Assembly (NCBI GenBank): GCA_030835185.1
Contig: JAUQWL010000019.1
Location: 1 to 51,408 of the forward strand
Direction: 5' to 3'
Length of the DNA: 51,408 nucleotides
Origin: Solirubrobacterales bacterium
GTDB lineage: Bacteria > Actinomycetota > Thermoleophilia > Solirubrobacterales > 70-9
Of this stretch, positions 25,645-34,246 are shown piece by piece. The position numbers were made by a program, and so were the translations under genes. The notes beneath the pieces are model-generated. The model was not told the DNA's origin and searched no databases. It worked only from the letters and a program-made list of their open reading frames with translations. Each line of letters starts with the position of its first letter. Position 1 is the stretch's first letter.

Positions 25645-26408
25645 GCCCGACGATGATCCGCCTCAGCGCCCTGACCCGGCGCGAGGTCAGCCGCTTCATG
25701 AAGATCAAGGGCCAGACGATCGGCGCCCCGCTGCTGGAGACCTTCCTCTACATCACGGTATTCGGCGCCGCGCTCGGCAGCCGGGTCGGAGAGCTCGACG
25801 GGTTCGACTACGTCGTCTTCGTCACCCCGGGTCTGATCATGATGTCCTGGGCAATCAACTCTTTCTCCAACAACTCCTCCTCGATTCTCCAGCAGAAGTT
25901 CCAGCGGGCGATCGATGACCAGCTCTCATCCCCGTCCTCCCCGCTCCAGCTACTGCTCGCCTTCTCCCTCGGCGGTTTCCTGCGCGGGCTGATCATCTCG
26001 GTGGTCACCTTCATCGTCGCCACCCTGCTGATCGATCTGCCGGTGAACCACGTCCTCGTCCTGGTCAGCTCCCTGCTCCTGGTCGGCTTCTTCTTCTCCC
26101 AGCTCGGGGTGCTGGTCGGGATCCGGGCCGAGCAGTTCGACGACGTCTCTTTCGCCCAGACCTTCATCCTCACCCCGCTGATCTTCCTCGGGGGCGTGTT
26201 CTACTCAGCCTCGCTGCTGCCCGAACCCTTCCAGACGATCACCCACTTCAACCCGGTCTTCTACATGATCAACCTGGTCCGTTACGGGTTTCTGGGGGTC
26301 TCCGACGTCAACGTCGCCCTCTCCCTGCTGGCCCTGGTCGTCGCGACCGGCGCCCTCTTCGCCCTCAACCACCGGCTCTTCAGGAAGGGCTACCGCCTGC
26401 GGGCCTGA
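25641..26408 (+). CDS. ABC-2 type transporter permease
   Basis: This six-TM, 255-aa protein has an ATGA overlap with the ATPase gene. Confidence 0.8.
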   Translation: MSPTMIRLSALTRREVSRFMKIKGQTIGAPLLETFLYITVFGAALGSRVGELDGFDYVVFVTPGLIMMSWAINSFSNNSSSILQQKFQRAIDDQLSSPSSPLQLLLAFSLGGFLRGLIISVVTFIVATLLIDLPVNHVLVLVSSLLLVGFFFSQLGVLVGIRAEQFDDVSFAQTFILTPLIFLGGVFYSASLLPEPFQTITHFNPVFYMINLVRYGFLGVSDVNVALSLLALVVATGALFALNHRLFRKGYRLRA

Positions 26409-26465
26409 ACCGGCCCCGGGACCGGGCGGCCCCGACTGGCGCCGATCCCCCGATCGATGGCCGGC

Positions 26466-26900
26466 TCACACGGAATCGAGCAGCGCCGCGATCCCCGGAC
26501 GATCCGGGATCACGTGTCGCGGGCCGGCAACTTCCCCGAAGGCGACATCGGCCGAAACCAGCGCATCGGCGCCAGCGCTGAGGGCAGCCGAGGCGAGCAC
26601 GCAGTCGAAGGCGCCCGGCGAGCCCGGGGTCACGAACATCTCGAGGCCTCTGTCCAGCGTCTCCCGGTTCACGGAGATGAGCGGAGCAAGGAGCTCGGCG
26701 TAAGCGGCACCCAGCGCCGCGGCGTCACCCCGGCCCCTTCTTCGCGCGCGGACGTGGACGAACTCCTGGATCACTTCGACCGTAGTCGTCGCCTCGATCA
26801 ATCCGTCCGAAACCGCTTCGATCAACTCCCGGCAAGGGTCGCGAAACGGATGCCCGGCACCCTTGGCGTATACGAGCACCGTAGTGTCGAGGACAATCAT
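26466..26900 (-). CDS. vapC: PIN-domain toxin VapC
   Basis: It starts '[10 protein letters not shown]' with the N-terminal catalytic Asp and has further acidic residues. At 144 aa it has an ATGA overlap with the upstream antitoxin gene. Confidence 0.85.
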   Translation of the reverse strand: MIVLDTTVLVYAKGAGHPFRDPCRELIEAVSDGLIEATTTVEVIQEFVHVRARRRGRGDAAALGAAYAELLAPLISVNRETLDRGLEMFVTPGSPGAFDCVLASAALSAGADALVSADVAFGEVAGPRHVIPDRPGIAALLDSV

Positions 26901-27148
26901 CCGTGACGGCTGCGGAGCTCGTCGAGTTCGGCCAGGAGTTCACGGGTGTCCGGCACCGGCATGTCCTCGGCGTCGAGTATGCGACGCGCCGCAGCGCTAC
27001 GGCGTCCCGCGGGATCGGCTATCCCCCGGTCGATCGCCTCCCGGACGACTGTGGCGACCGAGACACCCCGACCCCGGGCTACCTCGGTGATGCGCCGGTG
27101 CCGCTCCTCGTCGATCAGAATCTGAAGTCGCCGCTCCAACATGAGCAT
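26897..27148 (-). CDS. vapB: Ribbon-helix-helix (CopG-like) antitoxin VapB
   Basis: This 83-aa protein has '[35 protein letters not shown]' and sits immediately upstream of vapC. Confidence 0.8.
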   Translation of the reverse strand: MLMLERRLQILIDEERHRRITEVARGRGVSVATVVREAIDRGIADPAGRRSAAARRILDAEDMPVPDTRELLAELDELRSRHG

Positions 27149-27194
27149 ACATTAGCATGCTCCTGAATCTCCCCCTGGCTTCGCCCGTCGAGGT

Positions 27195-28229
27195 TCAGTC
27201 GAAGACGGCGTGCTCGACCGCGGTGATGTCGTTGACGCAGTTGATCACCGGGGGTGCTGTGCCGAGGGCGGTGTCGGGGTCCTTGAGGCCGTGGCCGGTC
27301 AGTACACAGACGACGGTCTCGGGCTTGTCCATCCCGTCGACGGTCTGGAGGCCGTGGGTGAGCAGGCCGGCGACCGAGGCGGCCGAGGAGGGCTCGCAGA
27401 ACACGCCTTCGTTCGAGGCGAGCCAGCTGTAGGCATCGAGGATCTGTTCGTCGGTGACCGCGGCGACCCGGCCGCGTGAGGTGTTGAAGGCGTTCATCGC
27501 CTCTTCCCACCGGGCCGGGCTGCCGATCCGGATGGCGGAGGCGATCGTTTCGGGATTTGCCACCGGGGCTCCGTCGACCAGCGGAGCCGAACCGGCAGCC
27601 TGGAAGCCGTAGAGGATCGGCGAGGTGTCCCACTCCTGGAAGCCCTTCCAGTAGGCGGTAACGTTACCGGCATTTCCGACGGGTATCGAAAGCGCGTCGG
27701 GCGGGCCGCCGAGTTCCTCGATCAGCTCGAAGGCGGCGGTCTTCTGGCCTTCGATCCGGTAGGGGTTGACCGAGTTGACCAGTTCGATCGGGTGACGCTC
27801 GGCCAGCTCGCGCACGATCACCAGGGCGTCGTCGAAGTTGCCCTCGAGGGCGATCACCCGGGCGCCGTGGATCAGTGCCTGGGCGAGCTTGCCGATCGCG
27901 ATCTTGCCCTCCGGCACGATCACCGCCCCGGTCAGCCCGGCCCGGACCGCATAGGCGGCGGCGCTGGCGGCGGTATTGCCGGTCGAGGCACAGATCACGG
28001 CTTCGGCGCCACGACCCTTGGCCCGGGAGACGGCGACGGTCATGCCGCGGTCCTTGAACGAGCCGGTCGGGTTGGCGCCCTCGATCTTGAGGTAGGCCTT
28101 CGCCCCGATCCGCTCCGAAAGCCGCGGCGCCTCGACCAGAGGGGTCGAGCCTTCGTTGATGCTGACGATCGGGTCGCCCGGCTCGAGCGGTATGTAGTCG
28201 CGGTATCTCTCGATCAGGGGCTGCGGCAT
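27195..28229 (-). CDS. thrC: Threonine synthase
   Basis: It has the PLP-lysine motif '[10 protein letters not shown]' and '[12 protein letters not shown]'. Confidence 0.92.
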   Translation of the reverse strand: MPQPLIERYRDYIPLEPGDPIVSINEGSTPLVEAPRLSERIGAKAYLKIEGANPTGSFKDRGMTVAVSRAKGRGAEAVICASTGNTAASAAAYAVRAGLTGAVIVPEGKIAIGKLAQALIHGARVIALEGNFDDALVIVRELAERHPIELVNSVNPYRIEGQKTAAFELIEELGGPPDALSIPVGNAGNVTAYWKGFQEWDTSPILYGFQAAGSAPLVDGAPVANPETIASAIRIGSPARWEEAMNAFNTSRGRVAAVTDEQILDAYSWLASNEGVFCEPSSAASVAGLLTHGLQTVDGMDKPETVVCVLTGHGLKDPDTALGTAPPVINCVNDITAVEHAVFD

Positions 28230-28235
28230 GGCTTC

Positions 28236-29495
28236 CTAGACGAACACTTCTTCGATGACCCGGATGAACCGCGGGCTCGACCTGAGCGAGTCGAGACCGG
28301 CGATCTCTTCGACCGCCTCCATGAACCTCGACTCGGGACAGCGGTGGACGACCATGACCAGCCGCGCGTCGTTGCCGATGCCCTTCTGGACCACGCTCTT
28401 GACCGAGATGCCGCTGTCGGAGAGCATCTTCGCGACCTGAGCCAGAACACCGGGCACGTCGGCCACCTCGAGGTGGAGGTAGAAAGACGATTCGACGTCG
28501 GAGAGGATCGGCAGGTCGTTCTCGGCCCTGTGGACCGGTGCATCGCCGGAAATGACCGTGACGAGATCGCCGAGCACGGCGGCGGCGGTCTGGAGTCCTC
28601 CGGCGCCGGGTCCGGACATCGTCACCTCGGTGATCTCGGGTGCCTCGACCATGACCGCGTTGAAGGGGCCCTCGATCGGCGAAAGCGGATGACCGGGATA
28701 GAGGAAGCAGGGAAAGACGCGTACCGTGATTCCGTTTTCGAAGCGCTCGGCGACGCCCAGCAGCTTGAGCGAGAGTCCGAGTTCCTTGGCGTAGGCCAGG
28801 TCGTCGGGCTGAACCGACTCGATGCCCTCGAACGGGACCTGCTCGAAGTCGACCGCGGTGTGGAAGGCCAGCCGGGCGAGAATCGCCATCTTGGCCGCCG
28901 CGTCGGCGCCGTTCACGTCGTCGGTCGGGTCGGCTTCGGCATAGCCGAGTTCCTGGGCCCGGGCGAGAACATCTTCGTAAGAGGCTCCGGTGGAGGCCAT
29001 CTCGGACAGGATGAAGTTGGTGGTGCCGTTGACGATTCCGAATACCTTGTTGAACTCGACCGCGCTGAAGCTCTCCTGGACGACCCGGATCACCGGGACC
29101 ACCCCGGCGACGGCGGCCTCGAAGCGAAGCTGGACCCCGGCTTCGTCGGCGGCGGCGAAAAGCTCCGCTCCGTACTGGGCCAGCAACTGTTTGTTGGCGG
29201 TGATGACCGGCTTGCCGGCCCTGAGCGCGGCGAGTACGTGCTCACGGGCGGTCGTGACGCCACCCATCAGCTCGACGATCACATCCGAGCCGGCGAGAAT
29301 CTCCTCGAAGTCGCCTTCGGAGGTGGTCAGGACACCGCTTATCTCGACCTTCGCGGCAGTGGCCGAACCTACTGCCGGTGCCCGGTCCTCGAGCAGCTTC
29401 ACGAAGGCGCCGCCGACCGTGCCACGGCCGAGCAGCCCGATCCGGACCGGATCGTCCGCCGCGCGCCGGTCCGCCATCCCGCCTCCGGCGCTCAT
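28236..29495 (-). CDS. hom: Homoserine dehydrogenase with a C-terminal ACT domain
   Basis: It has 'IGLLGRGTVGG' (NAD-binding), 'VITANK' and a C-terminal ACT-like 'HLEVADVPGVLAQVAKMLSDSGISV'. The ATG at 29495 overlaps the lysA stop (ATGA). Confidence 0.92.
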   Translation of the reverse strand: MSAGGGMADRRAADDPVRIGLLGRGTVGGAFVKLLEDRAPAVGSATAAKVEISGVLTTSEGDFEEILAGSDVIVELMGGVTTAREHVLAALRAGKPVITANKQLLAQYGAELFAAADEAGVQLRFEAAVAGVVPVIRVVQESFSAVEFNKVFGIVNGTTNFILSEMASTGASYEDVLARAQELGYAEADPTDDVNGADAAAKMAILARLAFHTAVDFEQVPFEGIESVQPDDLAYAKELGLSLKLLGVAERFENGITVRVFPCFLYPGHPLSPIEGPFNAVMVEAPEITEVTMSGPGAGGLQTAAAVLGDLVTVISGDAPVHRAENDLPILSDVESSFYLHLEVADVPGVLAQVAKMLSDSGISVKSVVQKGIGNDARLVMVVHRCPESRFMEAVEEIAGLDSLRSSPRFIRVIEEVFV

Positions 29496-30754
29496 GCGTC
29501 CCTCGCCAGCAGGTCGTCCCAGGTCTCTCGCCTGACCACGACCTTCGCTTCGCCGTCTTCGCAGAAGATCACCGGTGGGCGCGGCATGCCGTTGTAGTTG
29601 TTGGCCATCGCGTGACCATACGCACCCGTCGCGGGAGTGATCAGGATGTCGCCCACCTGGGGATCGGCAAGTGCCACGTCGCGAACGAGAATATCCCCGG
29701 ACTCGCAATGGGAGCCGGCGATGGTCGTGACCGTCTCCGCGGGCCGGCCGGCCCGGTTGGCGATTGCCGCTTCGTACTTGGCGTTGTAGAGCATCGGACG
29801 AAGGTTCTCGGACATGCCACCGTCGACCGAAAGGTAGGTCCGGATTCCGGGGATCTCCTTGATCGTGCCGACCGTGTAGATCGTGACTCCGGCGTTTCCG
29901 ACCAGCGAGCGGCCCGGCTCGATCAGGATCTTGACCTCGCGGCCGAAGAACTCGCGGACCGCCTCTATCTTCATGTCGACGTAGCTCTCGATCTTCGGCG
30001 GTTCGTCCTCGGTCTCGTAGGAGATTCCCAGTCCGCCGCCGACGTCGAGCATCCGGCACCAGTCGCCCTGGAGTTCGGCCAGCGACTGAACGGCCAGCCT
30101 GAAGGGCTCGGTTTCGAAGATCTGCGAGCCGATGTGGAAGTGCAGGCCGACCAGGTTGAGTGCCGGCGACGCAAGCACACGGCGGATGGCGCGCTCGGCG
30201 GAGCCGTCCTCCAGTCCGAAGCCGAACTTCGAGTCGAGCTGTCCGGTCTGGACGTAGGTGTGGGTGGAGGGCTCGATCCCCGGGGTGACCCGGATCATCA
30301 CGTCCTGCCTGCGGCTCAGCACCCGTTCGCAGCGGTCGATTTCGTCAAAGGAGTCAAGGATCAGATGGCCCACGCCGGCTTCGTCGGCCAGCTTCAGCTC
30401 GGCATCGGTCTTGTTGTTGCCGTGCATGTAGATCAGCGACGGGTCATAGCCGGCAGCCAGGGCCATCGTCAACTCGCCACCGGAGGCGACATCGACCGAA
30501 AGTCCTTCTTCCGCAAACAGCCGGTAGGCGGCGGTAACCGGCAGGGCCTTGCTCGCGTAGAGCACCTCGAATTCGTCGGTGCGGGAAGAGAATGCATCGA
30601 CGTATGCGCGGGCCCGGTTTCGCATTTCGGGCACGGAAAAAACATACGAGGGCGTGCCGAAGCGCTCGGCCAGATCGACCACATCGCAGCCCGCGATCTC
30701 GAGGTGTCCTTCGCTGTTGGCAACTGTTCCCACCGGATACGGCATCGCCGCCAT
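29492..30754 (-). CDS. lysA: Diaminopimelate decarboxylase
   Basis: It has 'YASKALP' (PLP Lys), 'DVGGGLGI' and 'GSHCESGD'. Confidence 0.92.
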   Translation of the reverse strand: MAAMPYPVGTVANSEGHLEIAGCDVVDLAERFGTPSYVFSVPEMRNRARAYVDAFSSRTDEFEVLYASKALPVTAAYRLFAEEGLSVDVASGGELTMALAAGYDPSLIYMHGNNKTDAELKLADEAGVGHLILDSFDEIDRCERVLSRRQDVMIRVTPGIEPSTHTYVQTGQLDSKFGFGLEDGSAERAIRRVLASPALNLVGLHFHIGSQIFETEPFRLAVQSLAELQGDWCRMLDVGGGLGISYETEDEPPKIESYVDMKIEAVREFFGREVKILIEPGRSLVGNAGVTIYTVGTIKEIPGIRTYLSVDGGMSENLRPMLYNAKYEAAIANRAGRPAETVTTIAGSHCESGDILVRDVALADPQVGDILITPATGAYGHAMANNYNGMPRPPVIFCEDGEAKVVVRRETWDDLLARDA

Positions 30755-30789
30755 TCTTACGACTTCAGGCGAGCGGTACGGTTTGCTTC

Positions 30790-32085
30790 GTGCCGGCCTT
30801 CGGAAGACGACCGATAAATGCTCCCCCGGGTGCGCCTGACTCTTCCGGCGTACCGTGGGTGGGCCTCGGCATCCTGCTTGTGCTGGTTCTCATCCTGGCC
30901 GCCTTCGTCGCTTATTTCTTCTTCGACGTCGGGGCCGATTCCGACACCTCCCCGGTCGCCCCGGTCGATACCGGCGCGACCACGCCGACCGACCCGCTGA
31001 CAGGCGGCCGGGTCGGTGGCGCGACCGTCAGCTCACTCGGATATCCAGTGACCGCCACCCGTAATACGACAAGGATCAACGGTTCCGACCCGGTCGACAT
31101 CTCGCTCGCCGCAGCTCTGGCCGCATATCCCACGACCGGCCCCGGCACGCCTCCCGCGGCGGTGACCGTGGTCGGGGCAGACGACTGGCAGTCCGGCATC
31201 GTCGCCGCCTCCTTCAGCGCTTCGCCGATCGGCTCGCCGATCCTGCTTGCCCCGTCGGGCACGCTCTCCGAAGACGCCCTCAGCGTGATCGGGCAACTCG
31301 ATCCGACCGGCTCGCCCACGACCGACACCACCGAGGTTTTCACCTTCGGCAACGTCGCCCCTCCCGGGGGCTTCGAGGTGAGGGCCGTAAGGGGACCCGA
31401 CCCCGCATCGCTCGCGGTCAGGGCCGCCGGGCTCAAGGCCAGACTCGACGGCAACCCGCCCGACGCATTCGTCGTCGTCTCATCCGAAGATCCGGATTTC
31501 GCCACTCCGGCGGCGGCCTGGGCGGCGCGCTCGGGGGACCCGGTCCTGTTCACGGGAAGGGACGAGGCGCCCGAGGCGACGATCGAGTTCCTCAAGCAGA
31601 AAGAGAACTCCGACGTGCCGGTCTTCGTGCTCGGCCCCCCGGAGGCGGTCTCGGCCGGTGCCTACAAGCAGCTCGACAAGGTTGCCGGCAGCATCGAGCG
31701 GGTCTCGGGAAGCGACCCGGCCGAAAACTCGGTCGAGCTGGTCCGGTTCTCGAGCGGAGTCTTCGGCTGGAACCTGAATGACCCCGGCCACGGCTACACG
31801 GTCGCCCGGGCAGACCGGCCGATGGACGCGATCGCCGCCACGGCGCTTTCGACAGTCGGTACCTGGCCGGCCCTGCTGCTCACCGACAGCAGCGACGAGT
31901 TGCCCGAAACGGTGCTCAACTACCTGCTGGATGTGAAGCCGGGCTTCGTCACCGACCCGACCCGGGCCGTTGTCAACCACGTCTGGATAATCGGTGACGA
32001 ATCGATCATCGATGTCGACCAGCAGGCCGTGATTGACGACGCCGTGGAACTGACTCCTGTAGAAACCACTAACAGCGTCCCCTGA
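30790..32085 (+). CDS. Membrane-anchored protein with three cell-wall-binding repeat 2 (CWB2)-like modules
   Basis: An N-terminal TM ('GLGILLVLVLILAAFVAYFFF') is followed by three modules of about 100 aa. Each starts with an 'R(I/V)xG(S/P)DP' element and contains 'P(I/V/A)L(L/F)' ('INGSDPVD...SPILLAP', 'AVRGPDPAS...DPVLFTG', 'RVSGSDPAE...WPALLLT'). The start is uncertain (GTG 30790 or GTG 30859). Confidence 0.65.
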   Translation: MPAFGRRPINAPPGAPDSSGVPWVGLGILLVLVLILAAFVAYFFFDVGADSDTSPVAPVDTGATTPTDPLTGGRVGGATVSSLGYPVTATRNTTRINGSDPVDISLAAALAAYPTTGPGTPPAAVTVVGADDWQSGIVAASFSASPIGSPILLAPSGTLSEDALSVIGQLDPTGSPTTDTTEVFTFGNVAPPGGFEVRAVRGPDPASLAVRAAGLKARLDGNPPDAFVVVSSEDPDFATPAAAWAARSGDPVLFTGRDEAPEATIEFLKQKENSDVPVFVLGPPEAVSAGAYKQLDKVAGSIERVSGSDPAENSVELVRFSSGVFGWNLNDPGHGYTVARADRPMDAIAATALSTVGTWPALLLTDSSDELPETVLNYLLDVKPGFVTDPTRAVVNHVWIIGDESIIDVDQQAVIDDAVELTPVETTNSVP

Positions 32086-32126
32086 GCACCCCGCTCGCGA
32101 GACACAGCAACGAACAGAAGCCGAGA

Positions 32127-32372
32127 ATGAGCGAAACCGAATACATCGGAGTACTCGACTCCGGAAACCCGGTCACCCCGGAAGATATCCGCGAACTGAC
32201 GGGCGCCGTGACCCCGCACTTCTCGCTACAGATCCGCAACCGCATCCGCCGCCTGATCGAGCCACTGGCAGACGACGATCCCGCGAAGGTCTTCGGTGAG
32301 TGCGAGATCACCAGACTCGAAGCGCTCTCTCAAAGCAGCGGCCAGCCGCGCACCGTCGGTGATCCCAGCTGA
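32127..32372 (+). CDS. Small hypothetical protein (81 aa)
   Basis: It has an ATG start, codon bias like its neighbours and no recognisable motif. Confidence 0.4.
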   Translation: MSETEYIGVLDSGNPVTPEDIRELTGAVTPHFSLQIRNRIRRLIEPLADDDPAKVFGECEITRLEALSQSSGQPRTVGDPS

Positions 32373-32441
32373 GCATCAACCCCCCGGGGCCTGTGACCGA
32401 AACCGGGAGTCGGCGCCGCGCTTCGTGAGGTGGGGCGGCAA

Positions 32442-33107
32442 GTGAAGCGGGTAGCCGACGGAGTCGAGCGCCTGGCCCAGTTCCCCCTGCCGATCTTCAA
32501 CGTGTACATCGCCGGAGAGGTGCTGTTCGACGCCGCCTCGACCTGGGACCGCCGACGGATCCTCCGGCAGTTGCGAGGCCGTCCACTGTCCCTGCTGGCC
32601 CTCACCCACGTCCACCCGGACCATCAGGGGCTGGCCGACCTCATCTGTCGGGAGCGCGACATCCCGCTCGCCTGCCACACCGACGATGTCGACTTCATGG
32701 AGGGCCGGAAGGACATCTTCGATGTCATGGCGGTGAACCCGATCCTCAAACGCATCCAGCAGTCGTGGACGGGACCTCCCCACCGGGTCGACCGGGTGTT
32801 GACCGAAGGCGAAGAGGTGGGAGGCTTCAGGGTCGTTCACGCCCCCGGTCACGCCTCGGGCGAGGTGATCTACTTCCGCGACTCCGACCGGGTTGCGATC
32901 TGCGGAGACGTGATCCGCAACATGAGCTACGTCACCGGATTTCCCGGCATCGGGCAGCCACCTGACCGCTTCACCTACGATCCGGCCGAGAACCGCCGTT
33001 CGATCCGAAAGCTCGCCGACCTCGGCCCGTCGGTCATCCTCCCGGGTCACGGGCCTGCAGTCACCGACATGCGGACCTTCAGGAAATTCGTCGACGCCCT
33101 GCCCTGA
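32442..33107 (+). CDS. MBL-fold metallo-hydrolase
   Basis: It has the 'LTHVHPDHQG' HxHxDH motif and 'HAPGHASGE'. The GTG at 32442 is preceded by GAGGTGG at good spacing. An alternative GTG lies at 32430. Confidence 0.8.
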   Translation: MKRVADGVERLAQFPLPIFNVYIAGEVLFDAASTWDRRRILRQLRGRPLSLLALTHVHPDHQGLADLICRERDIPLACHTDDVDFMEGRKDIFDVMAVNPILKRIQQSWTGPPHRVDRVLTEGEEVGGFRVVHAPGHASGEVIYFRDSDRVAICGDVIRNMSYVTGFPGIGQPPDRFTYDPAENRRSIRKLADLGPSVILPGHGPAVTDMRTFRKFVDALP

Positions 33108-33186
33108 GTGGATCAGACCCCGGTCCTGCCGAAACCGTCGCTCCCGGACCGGCCGGCCCGAGGCGACGGCATGTAGCCTCAGATCC

Positions 33187-34200
33187 ATGAGCGAAGAGAA
33201 CCGTCGATTCCTGCTGGCCGAGCGCCCTACCGGGCCCGTGGACGAGAACACCTATGACCTGGTCCGTGAGCCGGTTCCACAGATCGGTGAAGGCGAGGCC
33301 CTCGTCAAGGTCAAGTGGATCTCGATCGACCCGACGAATCGAACCTGGATCGGCGAGGAACCCACCTACCTGCCGCCGGTGGCGATCGGTGAAGTCATGC
33401 GCAGCCTCGGTCTCGGTGAGGTGGTCGAGTCGAACAACGAAAACTACCCCATCGGTGCTCTGGTCAACGGCCTCACGGGCTGGCAGGACTACGTGGTGAT
33501 CAGCGACGAAATGCCGCTGATGGTCGTGCCGCCGGAAGTTCAGGCGGAACCGGCCCAGCTCCTCGGCACGATGGGGATGACCGGCTGCACCGCCTACTTC
33601 GGGATGCTTGAGATCGGCCAGCCGAAAGAGGGCGAGACGGTAGTCGTCTCGGCCGCCGCCGGAGCCGTCGGCTCGGTTGCCGGACAGCTGGCGAAGATCA
33701 GGGGTGCCAGGGTCGTCGGCATTGCCGGCGGTCCCGAGAAGTGCGCCTGGCTGACCGACGAGCTCGGCTTCGACGCATCGGTGGATTACAAGGCCGACGA
33801 CTGGCGCGAGCAGCTCAAGGCGGCCACACCCGACGGCATCGACGTCAACTTCGAGAATGTGGGCGGCCAGATCATGGAGGCAGTCATGGGCCGCCTGAAC
33901 CTCCGTGCCCGGATGGTCCTCTGTGGCCTGATCTCCGGTTACAACGAGACCGAACCGCCTCCGGGCCCTCGCACGTTCGGCAACCTGCTGATCAAGCGGG
34001 TGACCCTTCAGGGCTTCATCATCCTCGACTACTACCCCCGCTTCGGAGAGGCGATCCGCGAACTTTCCGGCTGGGTTGCCGACGGCAGCCTGCGCTCCGA
34101 GCAGACGGTGGTCGAGGGCTTCGAAGAGCTGCCGAACGCGCTCAACATGCTTTTTGCCGGGCGAAACATGGGTAAGCTGGTCGTTCACATCTCAGACTGA
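33187..34200 (+). CDS. NADP-dependent medium-chain oxidoreductase (alkenal/one reductase, YncB/CurA-like)
   Basis: It has 'GEALVKVKWISIDP' and the nucleotide-binding 'VSAAAGAVGSVAGQLAK'. Size is 337 aa. Confidence 0.8.
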   Translation: MSEENRRFLLAERPTGPVDENTYDLVREPVPQIGEGEALVKVKWISIDPTNRTWIGEEPTYLPPVAIGEVMRSLGLGEVVESNNENYPIGALVNGLTGWQDYVVISDEMPLMVVPPEVQAEPAQLLGTMGMTGCTAYFGMLEIGQPKEGETVVVSAAAGAVGSVAGQLAKIRGARVVGIAGGPEKCAWLTDELGFDASVDYKADDWREQLKAATPDGIDVNFENVGGQIMEAVMGRLNLRARMVLCGLISGYNETEPPPGPRTFGNLLIKRVTLQGFIILDYYPRFGEAIRELSGWVADGSLRSEQTVVEGFEELPNALNMLFAGRNMGKLVVHISD

Positions 34201-34246
34201 CCCGTCACTCCCGCAGGGGCCGACGGGTTTCTACGGAGAGGATCGA

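Noticed and set aside
23492-27194. The thr-operon insertion as a mobile genetic element or genomic island.
   Set aside because: I could find no integrase, transposase, tRNA gene or flanking direct or inverted repeats. I report it as a rearrangement or insertion, not as a mobile element.
27792-30817. Long plus-strand ORFs (601 aa and 479 aa) antisense to thrC, hom and lysA.
   Set aside because: These are high-GC antisense artefacts. The minus-strand frames carry unambiguous ThrC, Hom and LysA signatures.
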